64,000 nucleotides of DNA. Source: Eledone cirrhosa. Lineage: Eukaryota. Of this stretch, positions 39,801 to 53,500 are shown in pieces; within the stretch, counting starts at the first letter, position 1; every line of letters begins with the position of its first letter. The translations under genes were made by a program, and so were the position numbers. Location: contig OZ024740.1 in the NCBI GenBank assembly GCA_964016885.1, positions 6,696,001-6,760,000 of the forward strand, written 5' to 3'. The notes below the pieces were generated by a model. That model was not told the DNA's origin, did no database searches, and saw only the letters and a program-made list of their open reading frames with translations.

Positions 39801-40190
39801 TGTGTTGAGCTGGTCATTAATTTATGGTGGTCGTGCGTGAAGTAGAGCAATCGCTAGTTGAAATATTATGAACAAAACATTTTTATTTGCCGAAGAACAT
39901 ATTTTCAATACTGTTTGTGAATGTGACGAAGGAAATACATTCTGATATGGAACAGTGTACAAAGTGTGTCTGTGAATAACATAATGTTACCTCATGTTGT
40001 TGTCAAGACATAATGGATTTCGTTTATCCAGTTAGAAGATGAAACCTAGCCATCTCGGATTAGTTATATTTCATGCCATGTGTAAACGTGTTTGAGGATA
40101 GCAAAATATGCGCGTTAATTATAATAATTAGTTAATAATATTACAAAATATACCTAATTAAACTCTTTGCTTGAAATTTTATCATTCTTC

Positions 40191-40259
<69 letters not shown>

Positions 40260-41736
40260 CAGAGAGAGAGAGAGAGAGAGAGATTTATCTAGTCCTTCGC
40301 TCAAGATTAATCTATAAGTTTAGATGTTTGCCTTCGTTTAAGTAAATATTACAGTAAGATTTTTAATATAAACAACTACAAAAAACAATTAATATTAAAA
40401 CGAAAAAATTATCAATGATAAAAGAAGCGGATGCAACTTTTTTTTTTATAAAGTTATATTCCTGTTTCTTTAAAGAACATTTCATTTTTGTTCTATTGTA
40501 GGCGAAATAATGCAATGGTTTAATAGGGAAGATATAACTTACGAATTATGTCTCTAACCGTGTAACGCTTTTTAAGTAGATAACTACAATTGAAAATACT
40601 AAAGAAATGGAACCAACAATTCAATTTGAAAGTCGTCTAGTGACAGTGTATTACTGGTACTTTATTTTATCGACCCCGTAACGATGAAAGGCAAAAATGC
40701 AAATGCTTAAAATTTAAATTGCCTTAATTCTATCGTCTGCTGTTTCATTAAAGGGAGATTCTCGTCTGTATTTAATTCTATCGTCTACTGTTCCACTAAA
40801 CAGATATACCTCCACTATCGTCTCTATTTATACATTTTAACTTATAACTTATACACATTTGATTTGAAATATTTTATCTAGTCCCCCCTCTCAATATTAT
40901 GATGATTTCTTTCGAACGAAACAGTTCTAGTCCTGTAGAAGCCATTTATATATATAATTGAACTGAGTTAAAAATTCACAATATTTATAATTAAATAAGC
41001 TCATATATATATGTGTGTATTTATCTGTTTATTGTATTATATATAATGTGTGTATATACAGGATGTCCCCCAAAAATATATACACACTTCAACAGCATTC
41101 TAATAACTATTGCCTGTACAGGTAATCAAAGTGTCAATCGAATGTTAGTTTCGTGTTTTAACAGTACAAATTTACAATACACACATAAAACCAGTGTATA
41201 TACATACATGAATGTGTATACACATACATGAATGTGTATATACAATATATATGTATATATATATAGACACATATATTCACGGTGCAACGGTACATTAAAA
41301 TATAGATGCGGGAGAGGGGGGTGTATATATAGGGGCGCTGGGGATAAAGGAGTGTAAAGCGTGTGTAATTGATATATTGAAGGAGAGGAGCGTGCAGCGA
41401 TAGAGTAACAAATATATAGAGAGGGGGAGAGATGGTATTGAAGGGGAGGAGTGCAAAGCGAAAGAGTAGGAGATATATATAGAGACGGAACAGATAGAGA
41501 GAAACAGGCGTAAGTAACAGTGGAAGAGATATAGAGAGAGGTACTCTGATTGGTTGAAAATTAGCCAATGACATACGATCACCACCACCACGGCTATCCC
41601 CGAAAATCTTTTAAAGAAGCTAGGCATATATGTTAGATGTTAGATTAGAACACGAAAAGTGAACATTCTGTGTTTCACACTTTTCGTGTTCTAACAGATA
41701 GACACATACATATATAGACACATACATATGTACACG

Positions 41737-42305
41737 TGGTGGTGGTGGTGGTGGTGGTTGTGATGGTAGTGGTGTAGTGGTGTAGTGGTAGTGGTGGTAG
41801 TGGTGGTAGTGGTGGTAGTGGTGGTGGTGGTGGTGGTGGTGGTGGCAGTGGTGTAGTGGTGTAGTGGTGGTGGTGGTAGTGGTGGTAGTGGTGTTGGTGG
41901 TAGTGGTGATGGTGGTGGTGGTGGTAGTGGTGGTGGTGGTGGTGGTGTTGGTGGTTTTGGTGTTGATGGTGGTGGTGGTGGTGTTGATGGTAGTGGTGGT
42001 GGTGGTAATGGTGGTGGTGGTGGTGGTGGTGATGGTGGTGTTTGTTGTAGTGATGGTGGTGGTAGTGGTTGTGGTGGTGATGTTGGTGGTTGGTGTGGTG
42101 GTGGTGGTGGTGGTGGTGGTGGTGGCGGTGGTGGTGGTGTTCGTGTTGGTGCTGGTGGTGGTGTTGTTTGTGTTAGTGTTGGTGGTGGTGGTGGTGGTGG
42201 TGGTAGTGGTGATGTTGTTGTTGTTGGTGGTGGTGGAGATGGTGGTAATGGTGTTTGTTGTAGTGGTGGTGGTGGTGGTAGTAGTGGTGCTGGTGGTGTT
42301 GGTGG
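41737..42305. repeat. Degenerate (GGT)n microsatellite
   Basis: Direct inspection. Confidence 0.9.
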
Positions 42306-42423
42306 TCTTGGCGAGATTTGAACTTAGAGTGTAAAGGGCCGTAACTCTGTGCCGTAAATCATGTTCTCTGACACTCTACCAATACTGCCAATCCCCCACA
42401 TATTAACAACAACAACAACAATA

Positions 42424-42610
42424 ATTGTTTCTACTATTGGCACAAGGCCAGCAAATACCTCAGTGCATTACTAGTAGTTTATTTTATCGACCCCGTAAGG
42501 ATGAAAGGCAAAGTTAACCTCGGCGGGATTTGAACTAACAATGGCAAGAGCCGTAACTCCATACATCAAAGCATGGTATCCGACCCTCTACCGATACTGC
42601 CAATCCACCA
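42424..42610 (-). mobile_element. tRNA-SINE whose head runs into a tandem array; a partial copy lies at 42305-42400
   Basis: Family sequence with B box (GGATTTGAACT on + strand). Confidence 0.85.
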
Positions 42611-43145
42611 CCAATGGTGTCCGACCCTCTACCGATACTGCCAATCCACCACCAATGGTGTCCGACCCTCTACCAATACTGCCAATCCACCACCATTGGT
42701 GTCCGACCCTCTACCAATACTGCCAATCCACCACCATTTGCGTCCGACCCTCTACCAATACTGCCAATCCACTATCCATGGTGTCCAACCCTCTACCAAT
42801 ACTGCCAATCCACTACCCTAGTGTCCGACCCTTTACCAATACTGCCAATCCACCACCATTGGTGTCCGACCCTCTACCAATACTGCCAATCCACCACCAT
42901 TGGTGTCCGACCCTCTACCAATACTGCCAATCCACCACCATTGGTGTCCGACCCTCTACCAATACTGCCAATCCACCACCATTAGGGTCCGACCCTCTAC
43001 CGATACTGCCAATCCACCACCATTGGTGTCCGACCCTCTACCAATACTGCCAATCCACCACCATTGGTGTCCGACCCTCTACCGATACTGCCAATCCACC
43101 ACCATTGGTGTCCGACCCTCTATCGATACTGCCAATTCAATGGTA
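42573..43145. repeat. 41-bp minisatellite GGTGTCCGACCCTCTACCAATACTGCCAATCCACCACCATT, about 14 copies
   Basis: Unit matches the SINE 5' head containing the A box. Confidence 0.93.
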
Positions 43146-43231
43146 TATATTTTATGTATAATAATGTAAGTTTATTTTAAATTCATTTCATAACAGTTAC
43201 ACATAAAAACATCGTTTAAAGCACTTCCCTA

Positions 43232-43757
43232 TATCATCATCATTAGGTCGAGCTTGCTTTCTACGACACGTTTTCTCCATCCATCTGTGTCTCTCCTAGC
43301 GTTTGCCAGTTCTTCCGCAGTGCATCCAGTATCGTCCTCAAGTTGCTTGACGTATGTCTTCTTGGGACGACCAGCGTTTCTTGCTCCATGAGATGGACTC
43401 CACTCTATTTCGTCCTTGCTGCGCCAACAGTGGCCAGCAAATCTGAGTCTCTGTCCACGTATTGACCTGCTGATAGGTGATATATTGCCATAGAGATCCT
43501 TATTTGTTGGGTGTTCCCTCCAAGAACATGATGTTAACATCACACTGGTAAAAGCCTGGGGAGCATTGAATACGATGGAAAAGATATGGAAATCAAACCT
43601 GCCGGCAAAACTGAAAAGGAATTTCTTCAGAGCTGCTGTGGAATCTGTGCTTGTTTATGGTTCTATCACTGGGACGCTAACGTCGAAACTGGAGAAAAAG
43701 CTAGACGGGGCATACACACGTATGCTCCGCGCTGCTTTAAACGTGTCTTGGAGGGAA
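43232..43757 (-). mobile_element. RTE-clade LINE insertion, 5'-truncated with an inverted 5' segment
   Basis: Minus segment SWREHPTN..LRFAGHCWR..GRPKKTY..WRKRV with (ATG)n tail; plus segment KAWGAL..VESVLVYGS..MLRAALNVSWRE; TSD ACTTCCCTA. Confidence 0.85.
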
Positions 43758-44029
43758 CTTCCCTACATACAATGCTTCTAGTAAAGGTGACTCCCCTTCT
43801 GCAGCCATGGTTGGAACAAGGAACACTTTAGCAAATAAACCAATGAGAACAATTATGTATGACTGATTGCCCTGCTAGAAATAGGAGAGACATGTTCAGA
43901 CATCTTAGAAAAAGGAGACAAGAGATAATGTAGTCTTAGATTCACTGTGTCTGTTATATGTGAAGGTATGGTCATGAGTGGAATAACTTTGGTCTGTTCA
44001 AACAGCGCAGACCTGGGGTTAAATGACAT

Positions 44030-44207
44030 TAATAACAGCAACAGCAATAATACAAACACGACAACAATAACAACAACAACAACAATAACAACAACAACAA
44101 TAACAACAATAACAACAACAACAATACAAACAGGACAACAATAACAACAACAACAACAACAACAACAACAATAACAACAACAACAACAATACAAACAGGA
44201 CAACAAT

Positions 44208-44255
<48 letters not shown>

Positions 44256-44510
44256 ACAAACACGACAACAATAACAACAACAACAATACAAACATGACAG
44301 TAATAACAACAACAATGATATCAAAAACATACATATTAATGATGAGGATGGTGGTCAGGATGATGATGATGATGACAACCATCATGATCATGATGGTGAT
44401 GGGGGTGGGGATGATGATGATGGTGATGATGACAATGATGATGATGATGATAATAATGACAATGATGATGATGACAATGACAATAATGATGATGATGACA
44501 ATGATGATGT
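44030..44510. repeat. (AAC)n compound repeat followed by an (ATG)n microsatellite
   Basis: Direct inspection. Confidence 0.9.
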
Positions 44511-44519
44511 AGTAGAACT

Positions 44520-47500
44520 GCAACAAGCCAACAAACTGCTAATATGTCCAGTCTTCCAATCAGCCAACAAGCTGGTAATATGTCCAGTCTTCCAATCAGC
44601 CAACAAGCTGCTAATATGTCCAGTCTTCCAATCAGCCAACAAACTGCTAATATGTCCAGTCTTCCAAACCAGCCAACAAATGCTAATATGTCCAGTCTTC
44701 CAACCAGCCAACAAGCTGCTAATATGTCCAGTCTCCCAACCAGCCAACAAACTGCTAATATGCCCAGTCTCCCAACCAGCCAACAAACTGCTAATATGTC
44801 CAGTCTTCCAACCAGCCAACAAGCTGCTAATATGTCCAGTCTTCCAATCAGCCAACAAGAGCTGGTAATATGTCCAGTCTTCCAACCAGCCAACAAGCTG
44901 CTAATATATCCAGTCTTCCAACCAGCCAACAAACTGCTAGTATGTCCAGTCTTCCAACCAGCCAACAAGCTGCTAATATGTCCAGTCTTCCAACCAGCCA
45001 ACAAGCTGCTAATATGTCCAGTCTTCCAACCAGCCAACAAGCTGCTAATATGTCCAGTCTTCCAACCAGCCAACAAGCTGCTAATATGTCCAGTCTTCCA
45101 ACCAGCCAACAAGCTGCTAATATATCCAATCTTCCAACCAGCCAACAAACTGCTAATATGTCCAGTCTCCCAACCAGCCAACAAACTGCTAATATGTCCA
45201 GTCTTCCAACCAGCCAACAAACTGCTAATATGTCCAGTCTTCCAACCAGCCAACAAACTGCTAATATGTCCAGTCTTCCAACCAGCCAACAAACTGCTAA
45301 TATGTCCAGTCTTCCAACCAGCCAACAAGCTGCTAATATGTCCAGTCTTCCAACCAGCCAACAAGCTGCTAATATGTCCAGTCTCCCAACCAGCCAACAA
45401 GCTGCTAATATGTACAGTCTTCCAACCAGCCAACAAGCTGCTAATATGTCCAGTCTTCCAACCAGCCAACAAGCTGCTAATATGTCCAGTCTTCCAACCA
45501 GCCAACAAACTACTAATATGTCCAGTCTTCCAACCAGCCAACAAACTGCTAATATATCCAGTCTTCCAACTAGTCAACAAACTGCTAATATGTCCAGTCT
45601 TCCAACCAGCCAACAAGCTGCTAATATGTCCAGTCTTCCAACTAGCCAACAAACTGCTAATATGTCCAGTCTTCCAACCAGCCAACAAGCTGCTAATATG
45701 TCCAGTCTTCCAACTAGCCAACAAACTGCTAATATGTCCAGTCTTCCAAACAGCCAACAAGCTGTTAATATGTCCAGTCTTCCAACTAGCCAACAAACTG
45801 CTAATATGTCCAGTCTTCCAACCAGCCAACAAGCTGCTAATATGTCCAGTCTTCCAACCAGCCAACAAGCTGCTAATATGTCCAGTCTTCCAACTAGCCA
45901 ACAAACTGCTAATATGTCCAGTCTTCCAACTAGCCAACAAACTGCTAATATGTCCAGTCTTCCAACCAGCCAACAAGCTGCTAATATGTCCAGTCTGCCA
46001 ACCAGCCAACAAGCTGCTAATATGTCCAGTCTTCCAACCAGCCAACAAGCTGCTAATATGTCCAGTCTTCCAACCAGCCAACAAACTGCTAATATGTCCA
46101 GTCTTCCAACCAGCCAACGAACTGCTAATATGTCTAGTCTTCCAACCAGCCAACAAACTGCTAATATGTCCAGTCTTCCAACCAGCCAACAAACTGCTAA
46201 TATGTCCAGTCTTCCAACCAGCCAACAAACTACTAATATGTCCAGTCTTCCAACCAGCCAACAAGCTGCTAATATGTCCAGTCTTCCAACCAGCCAACAA
46301 GCTGCTAATATGTCCAGTCTTCCAACCAGCCAACAAACTGCTAATATGTCCAGTCTTCCAACCAGCCAACAAGCTGCTAATATGTCCAGTCTTCCAACCA
46401 GCCAACAAGCTGCTAATATGTCCAGTCTTCCAACCAGCCAACAAACTGCTAATATGTCCAGTCTTCCAACCAGCCAACAAGCTGCTAATATGTCCAGTCT
46501 TCCAACCAGCCAACAAGCTGCTAATATGTCCAGTCTTCCAACCAGCCAACAAACTGCTAATATGTCCAGTCTTCCAACCAGCCAATAAGCTGGTAATATG
46601 TCCAGTCTTCCAACCAGCCAACAAACTGCTAATATGTCCAGTCTTCCAACCAGCCAACAAGCTGCTATGTCCAGTCTTCCAACCAGCCAACAAGCTGCTA
46701 ATATGTCCAGTCTTCCAACCAGCCAACAAGCTGCTAATATGTCCAGTCTTCCAACCAGCCAACAAGCTGCTAATATGTCCAGTCTTCCAACCAGCCAACA
46801 AGCTGCTAATATGTCCAGTCTTCCAACCAGCCAACAAACTGCTAATATGTCCAGTCTTCCAACCAGCCAACAAGCTGCTAATATGTCCAGTCTTCCAACC
46901 AGCCAACAAGCTGCTATGTCCAGTCTTCCAGCCAGCGAACAAGCTGCTAATATTTCCAGTCTTCCAACCAGCCAACAATCTGCTAACATGTCCAGTCTTC
47001 CAACCAGCCAACAAGCTGCTAATATGTCCAGTCTTCCAACCAGCCAATAAACTGCTAATATGTCCAGTCTTCCAACCAGCCAACAAGCTGCTAATATGTC
47101 CAGTCTTCCAACTAGCCAACAAACTGCTAATATGTCCAGTCTTCCAACCAGCCAACAAGCTGCTAATACGTCCAGTCTTCCAACCAGCCAACAAGCTGCT
47201 AATATCTCCAGTCTTCCAACCAGCCAAGAAGCTGCTAATATGTCCAGTCTTCCAACCAGCCAACAAGCTGCTAATATGTCCAGTCTTCCAACCAGCCAAC
47301 AAACTGCTAATATGTCTAGTCTTCCAACCAGCCAACAATCTGCTAATATGTCCAGTCTTCCAACTAGCCAACAAACTGCTAATATGTCCAGTCTTCCAAC
47401 CAGCCAACAAGCTGCTAATATGTCCAGTCTTCCAACCAGCCAACAAGCTGCTAATAAGTCCAGTCTTCCAACCAGCCAACAAGCTGGTAATATGTCCAGT

Positions 47501-50500
47501 CTTCCAACCAGCCAACAAGCTGCTAATATGTCCAGTCTACCAACCAGCCAACAAGCTGCTAATATATTCAGTCTCCCAACCAGCCAACAAACTGCTAATA
47601 TGTCCAGTCTTCCAACCAGCCAACAAGCTGTTAATATGTCCAGTCTTCCAACTAGCCAACAAACTTCTAATATGTCCAGTCTTCTAACCAGCCAACAAGC
47701 TGCTAATACGTCCAGTCTTCCAACCAGCCAACAAGCTGCTAATATGTCCAGTCTTCCAACCAGCCAAGAAGCTGCTAATATGTCCAGTCTTCCAACCAGC
47801 CAACAAGCTGCTAATATGTCCAGTCTTCCAACCAGCCAACAAGCTGCTAATATGTCCAGTCCTCCAACCAGCCAACAAGCTGCTAATATGTCCAGTCTTC
47901 CAACCAGCCAACAAGCTGCTAATACGTCCAGTCTTCCAACCAGCCAACAAGCTGCTAATATGTCCATTCTTCCAACCAGCCAAGAAGCTGCTAATATGTC
48001 CAGTCTTCCAACCAGCCAACAAACTGCTAATATGTCCAGTCTTCCAACCAGCCAACAAGCTGCTAATATGTCCAGTCTTCCAACCAGCCAACAAGCTGCT
48101 AATATGTCCAGTCTTCCAACCAGCCAACAAGCTGCTAATATGTCCACTCTTCCAACCAGCCAACAAGCTGCTAATATGTCCAGTCTTCCAATTAGCCAAC
48201 AAACTGCTAATATGTCCAGTCTTCCAACCAGCCAACAAGCTGCTAATATGTCCAGTCTTCCAACCGTCCAACAAGCTGCTAATATGTCCAGTCTTCCAAC
48301 CAGCCAACAAGCTGCTAATATTTCCAGTCGTCCAACCAGCCAACAATCTGCTAATATGTCCAATCTTCCAACCAGCCAACAAACTGCTTATATGTCCAGT
48401 CTGCCAACCAGCCAACAAGCTGCTAATATGTCCAGTCTTCCAGCCGGCCAACAAGCTGCTAATATGTCCAGTCTTCGAACCAGCCAACAAGCTGCTAATA
48501 TGTCCATTCTTCCAACCAGCCAACAAGCTGCTAATATGGCCATTCTTCCAACCAGCCAACAAACTGCAAATATGTCAAGTCTTCCAACTAGCCAACAAAC
48601 TGCTAATATGTCCAGTCTTCCAACCAGCCAACAAGCTGCTAATATGTCCAATCTTCCAACTAGCCAACAAACTGCTAATATGTCCAGTCTTCCAACCAGC
48701 CAACAAACTGCTAATATGTCCAGTCTTCCAACTAGCCAACAAACTGCTAATATGTCCAGTCTTCCAACCAGCCAACAAGCTGCTTATATGTCCAGTCTGC
48801 CAACCAGCCAACAAGCTGCTAATATGTCCAGTCTTCCAACCAGCCAACAAGCTGCTAATATGTCCAGTCTTCCAACCAGCCAACAAACTACTAATATGTC
48901 CAGTCTTCCAACCAGCCAACAAACTGCTAATATGTCCAGTCTTCCAACTAGCCAACAAGCTGCTAATATGTCCAGTCTTCCAACCAGCCAACAAGCAGCT
49001 AATATGTCCAGTCTTCCAACCAGCCAACAAGCTGCTAATATGTCCAGTCTTCCAACCAGCCAACTAACTGCTAATATGTCCAGTCTTCCAACCAGCCAAC
49101 TAACTGCTAATATGTCCAGTCTTCCAACCAGCCAACAAACTGCTAATATATCCAGTCTTCCAACCAGTCAACAAGCTGCTAATATGTCCAGTCTTCCAAC
49201 CAGCCAACAAGCTGCTAATATGTCCAGTCTTCCAACCAGCCAACAAGCTGCTAATATATCCAATCTTCCAACCAGCCAACAAACTGCTAATATGTCCAGT
49301 CTCCCAACCAGCCAACAAACTGCTAATATGTCCAGTCTTCCAACCAGCCAACAAACTGCTAATATGTCCAGTCTTCCAACCAGCCAACAAACTGCTAATA
49401 TGTCCAGTCTTCCAACCAGCCAACAAACTGCTAATATGTCCAGTCTTCCAACCAGCCAACAAGCTGCTAATATGTCCAGTCTTCCAACCAGCCAACAAGC
49501 TGCTAATATGTCCAGTCTCCCAACCAGCCAACAAGCTGCTAATATGTCCAGTCTTCCAACCAGCCAACAAGCTGCTAATATGTCCAGTCTTCCAACCAGC
49601 CAACAAGCTGCTAATATGTCCAGTCTTCCAACCAGCCAACAAACTACTAATATGTCCAGTCTTCCAACCAGCCAACAAACTGCTAATATATCCAGTCTTC
49701 CAACTAGCCAACAAACTGCTAATATGTCCAGTCTTCCAACCAGCCAACAAGCTGCTAATATGTCCAGTCTTCCAACTAGCCAACAAACTGCTAATATGTC
49801 CAGTCTTCCAACCAGCCAACAAGCTGCTAATATGTCCAGTCTTCCAACTAGCCAACAAACTGCTAATATGTCCAGTCTTCCAAACAGCCAACAAGCTGTT
49901 AATATGTCCAGTCTTCCAACTAGCCAACAAACTGCTAATATGTCCAGTCTTCCAACCAGCCAACAAGCTGCTAATATGTCCAGTCTTCCAACCAGCCAAC
50001 AAGCTGCTAATATGTCCAGTCTTCCAACTAGCCAACAAACTGCTAATATGTCCAGTCTTCCAACTAGCCAACAAACTGCTAATATGTCCAGTCTTCCAAC
50101 CAGCCAACAAGCTGCTAATATGTCCAGTCTTCCAACCAGCCAACAAACTGCTAATATGTCCAGTCTTCCAACCAGCCAACGAACTGCTAATATGTCTAGT
50201 CTTCCAACCAGCCAACAAACTGCTAATATGTCCAGTCTTCCAACCAGCCAACAAACTGCTAATATGTCCAGTCTTCCAACCAGCCAACAAACTACTAATA
50301 TGTCCAGTCTTCCAACCAGCCAACAAGCTGCTAATATGTCCAGTCTTCCAACCAGCCAACAAGCTGCTAATATGTCCAGTCTTCCAACCAGCCAACAAAC
50401 TGCTAATATGTCCAGTCTTCCAACCAGCCAACAAGCTGCTAATATGTCCAGTCTTCCAACCAGCCAACAAGCTGCTAATATGTCCAGTCTTCCAACCAGC

Positions 50501-53500
50501 CAACAAACTGCTAATATGTCCAGTCTTCCAACCAGCCAACAAGCTGCTAATATGTCCAGTCTTCCAACCAGCCAACAAGCTGCTAATATGTCCAGACTTC
50601 CAACCAGCCAACAAACTGCTAATATGTCCAGTCTTCCAACCAGCCAATAAGCTGGTAATATGTCCAGTCTTCCAACCAGCCAACAAACTGCTAATATGTC
50701 CAGTCTTCCAACCAGCCAACAAGCTGCTATGTCCAGTCTTCCAACCAGCCAACAAGCTGCTAATATGTCCAGTCTTCCAACCAGCCAACAAGCTGCTAAT
50801 ATGTCCAGTCTTCCAACCAGCCAACAAGCTGCTAATATGTCCAGTCTTCCAACCAGCCAACAAGCTGCTAATATGTCCAGTCTTCCAACCAGCCAACAAA
50901 CTGCTAATATGTCCAGTCTTCCAACCAGCCAACAAGCTGCTAATATGTCCAGTCTTCCAACCAGCCAACAAGCTGCTATGTCCAGTATTCCAGCCAGCGA
51001 ACAAGCTGCTAATATTTCCAGTCTTCCAACCAGCCAACAAGCTGCTAACATGTCCAGTCTTCCAACCAGCCAACAAGCTGCTAATATGTCCAGTCTTCCA
51101 ACCAGCCAATAAACTGCTAATATGTCCAGTCTTCCAACCAGCCAACAAGCTGCTAATATGTCCAGTCTTCCAACTAGCCAACAAACTGCTAATATGTCCA
51201 GTCTTCCAACCAGCCAACAAGCTGCTAATACGTCCAGTCTTCCAACCAGCCAACAAGCTGCTAATATCTCCAGTCTTCCAACCAGCCAAGAAGCTGCTAA
51301 TATGTCCAGTCTTCCAACCAGCCAACAAGCTGCTAATATGTCCAGTCTTCCAACCAGCCAACAAACTGCTAATATGTCCAGTCTTCCAACCAGCCAACAA
51401 TCTGCTAATATGTCCAGTCTTCCAACTAGCCAACAAACTGCTAATATGTCCAGTCTTCCAACCAGCCAACAAGCTGCTAATATGTCCAGTCTTCCAACCA
51501 GCCAACAAGCTGCTAATATGTCCAGTCTACCAACCAGCCAACAAGCTGCTAATATATTCAGTCTCCCAACCAGCCAACAAACTGCTAATATGTCCAGTCT
51601 TCCAACCAGCCAACAAGCTGCTAATATGTCCAGTCTTCCAACTAGCCAACAAACTTCTAATATGTCCAGTCTTCCAACCAGCCAACAAGCTGCTAATACG
51701 TCCAGTCTTCCAACCAGCCAACAAGCTGCTAATATGTCCAGTCTTCCAACCAGCCAACAAGCTGCTAATATGTCCAGTCTTCCAACCAGCCAACAAGCTG
51801 CTAATATGTCCAGTCTTCCAACCAGCCAACAAGCTGCTAATATGTCCACTCTTCCAACCAGCCAACAAGCTGCTAATATGTCCAGTCTTCCAATTAGCCA
51901 ACAAACTGCTAATATGTCCAGTCTTCCAACCAGCCAACAAGCTGCTAATATGTCCAGTCTTCCAACCGTCCAACAAGCTGCTAATATGTCCAGTCTTCCA
52001 ACCAGCCAACAAGCTGCTAATATTTCCAGTCGTCCAACCAGCCAACAATCTGCTAATATGTCCAATCTTCCAACCAGCCAACAAACTGCTAATATGTCCA
52101 GTCTTCCAACCAGCCAGCAAACTGCTAATATGTCCAGTCTTCCAACTAGCCAACAAACTGCTAATATGTCCAGTCTTCCAATCAGCCAACAAGCTGCTTA
52201 TATGTCCAGTCTGCCAACCAGCCAACAAGCTGCTAATATGTCCAGTCTTCCAGCCGGCCAACAAGCTGCTAATATGTCCAGTCTTCGAACCAGCCAACAA
52301 GCTGCTAATATGTCCATTCTTCCAACCAGCCAACAAGCTGCTAATATGGCCATTCTTCCAACCAGCCAACAAACTACAAATATGTCAAGTCTTCCAACTA
52401 GCCAACAAACTGCTAATATGTCCAGTCTTCCAACCAGCCAACAAGCTGCTAATATGTCCAATCTTCCAACTAGCCAACAAACTGCTAATATGTCCAGTCT
52501 TCCAACCAGCCAACAAACTGCTAATATGTCCAGTCTTCCAACCAGCCAACAAGCTGCTAATATGTCCAGTCTTCCAACTAGCCAACAAACTGCTAATATG
52601 TCCAGTCTTCCAACCAGCCAACAAGCTGCTTATATGTCCAGTCTGCCAACCAGCCAACAAGCTGCTAATATGTCCAGTCTTCCAACCAGCCAACAAGCTG
52701 CTAATATGTCCAGTCTTCCAACCAGCCAACAAACTACTAATATGTCCAGTCTTCCAAGCAGCCAACAAGCAGCTAATATGTCCAGTCTTCCAACCAGCCA
52801 ACAAGCTGCTAATATGTCCAGTCTTCCAACCAGCCAACTAACTGCTAATATGTCCAGTCTTCCAACCAGCCAACTAACTGCTAATATGTCCAGTCTTCCA
52901 ACCAGTCAACAAGCTGCTAATATGTCCAGTCTTCCAAACAGCCAACAAGCTGCTAATATGTCCAGTCTTCCAACCAGCCAACAAGCTGCTAATTTATCCA
53001 ATCTTCCAACCAGCCAATAAACTGCTAATATGTCCAGTCTCCCAATCAGCCAACAAACTGCTAATATGTCCAGTCTTCCAACCAGTCAACAAGCTGCTAA
53101 TATGTCCAGTCTTCCAACCAGCCAACAAGCTGCTAATATGTCCAGTCTTCCAACCAGCCAACAAGCTGCTAATATATCCAATCTTCAAACCAGCCAATAA
53201 ACTGCTAATATGTCCAGTCTCCCAATCAGCCAACAAACTGCTAATATGTCCAGTCTTCCAACCAGCCAACAAGCTGCGAATATTTCCAGTCTTCCAACCA
53301 ACCAACAAGCTGCTAATATGTCCAGTCTTCCAACCAGCCAACAAACTGCTAATATGTCCAGTCTTCCAACCAGCCAACAAGCTGATAATATGTCCAGTCT
53401 TCCAACCAGCCAACAAGCTGCTAATATGTCCAGTCTTCCAACCAGCCAACAAGCTGCTAATATGTCCAGTCTTCGAACCAGCCAACAAGCTGCTAATATG

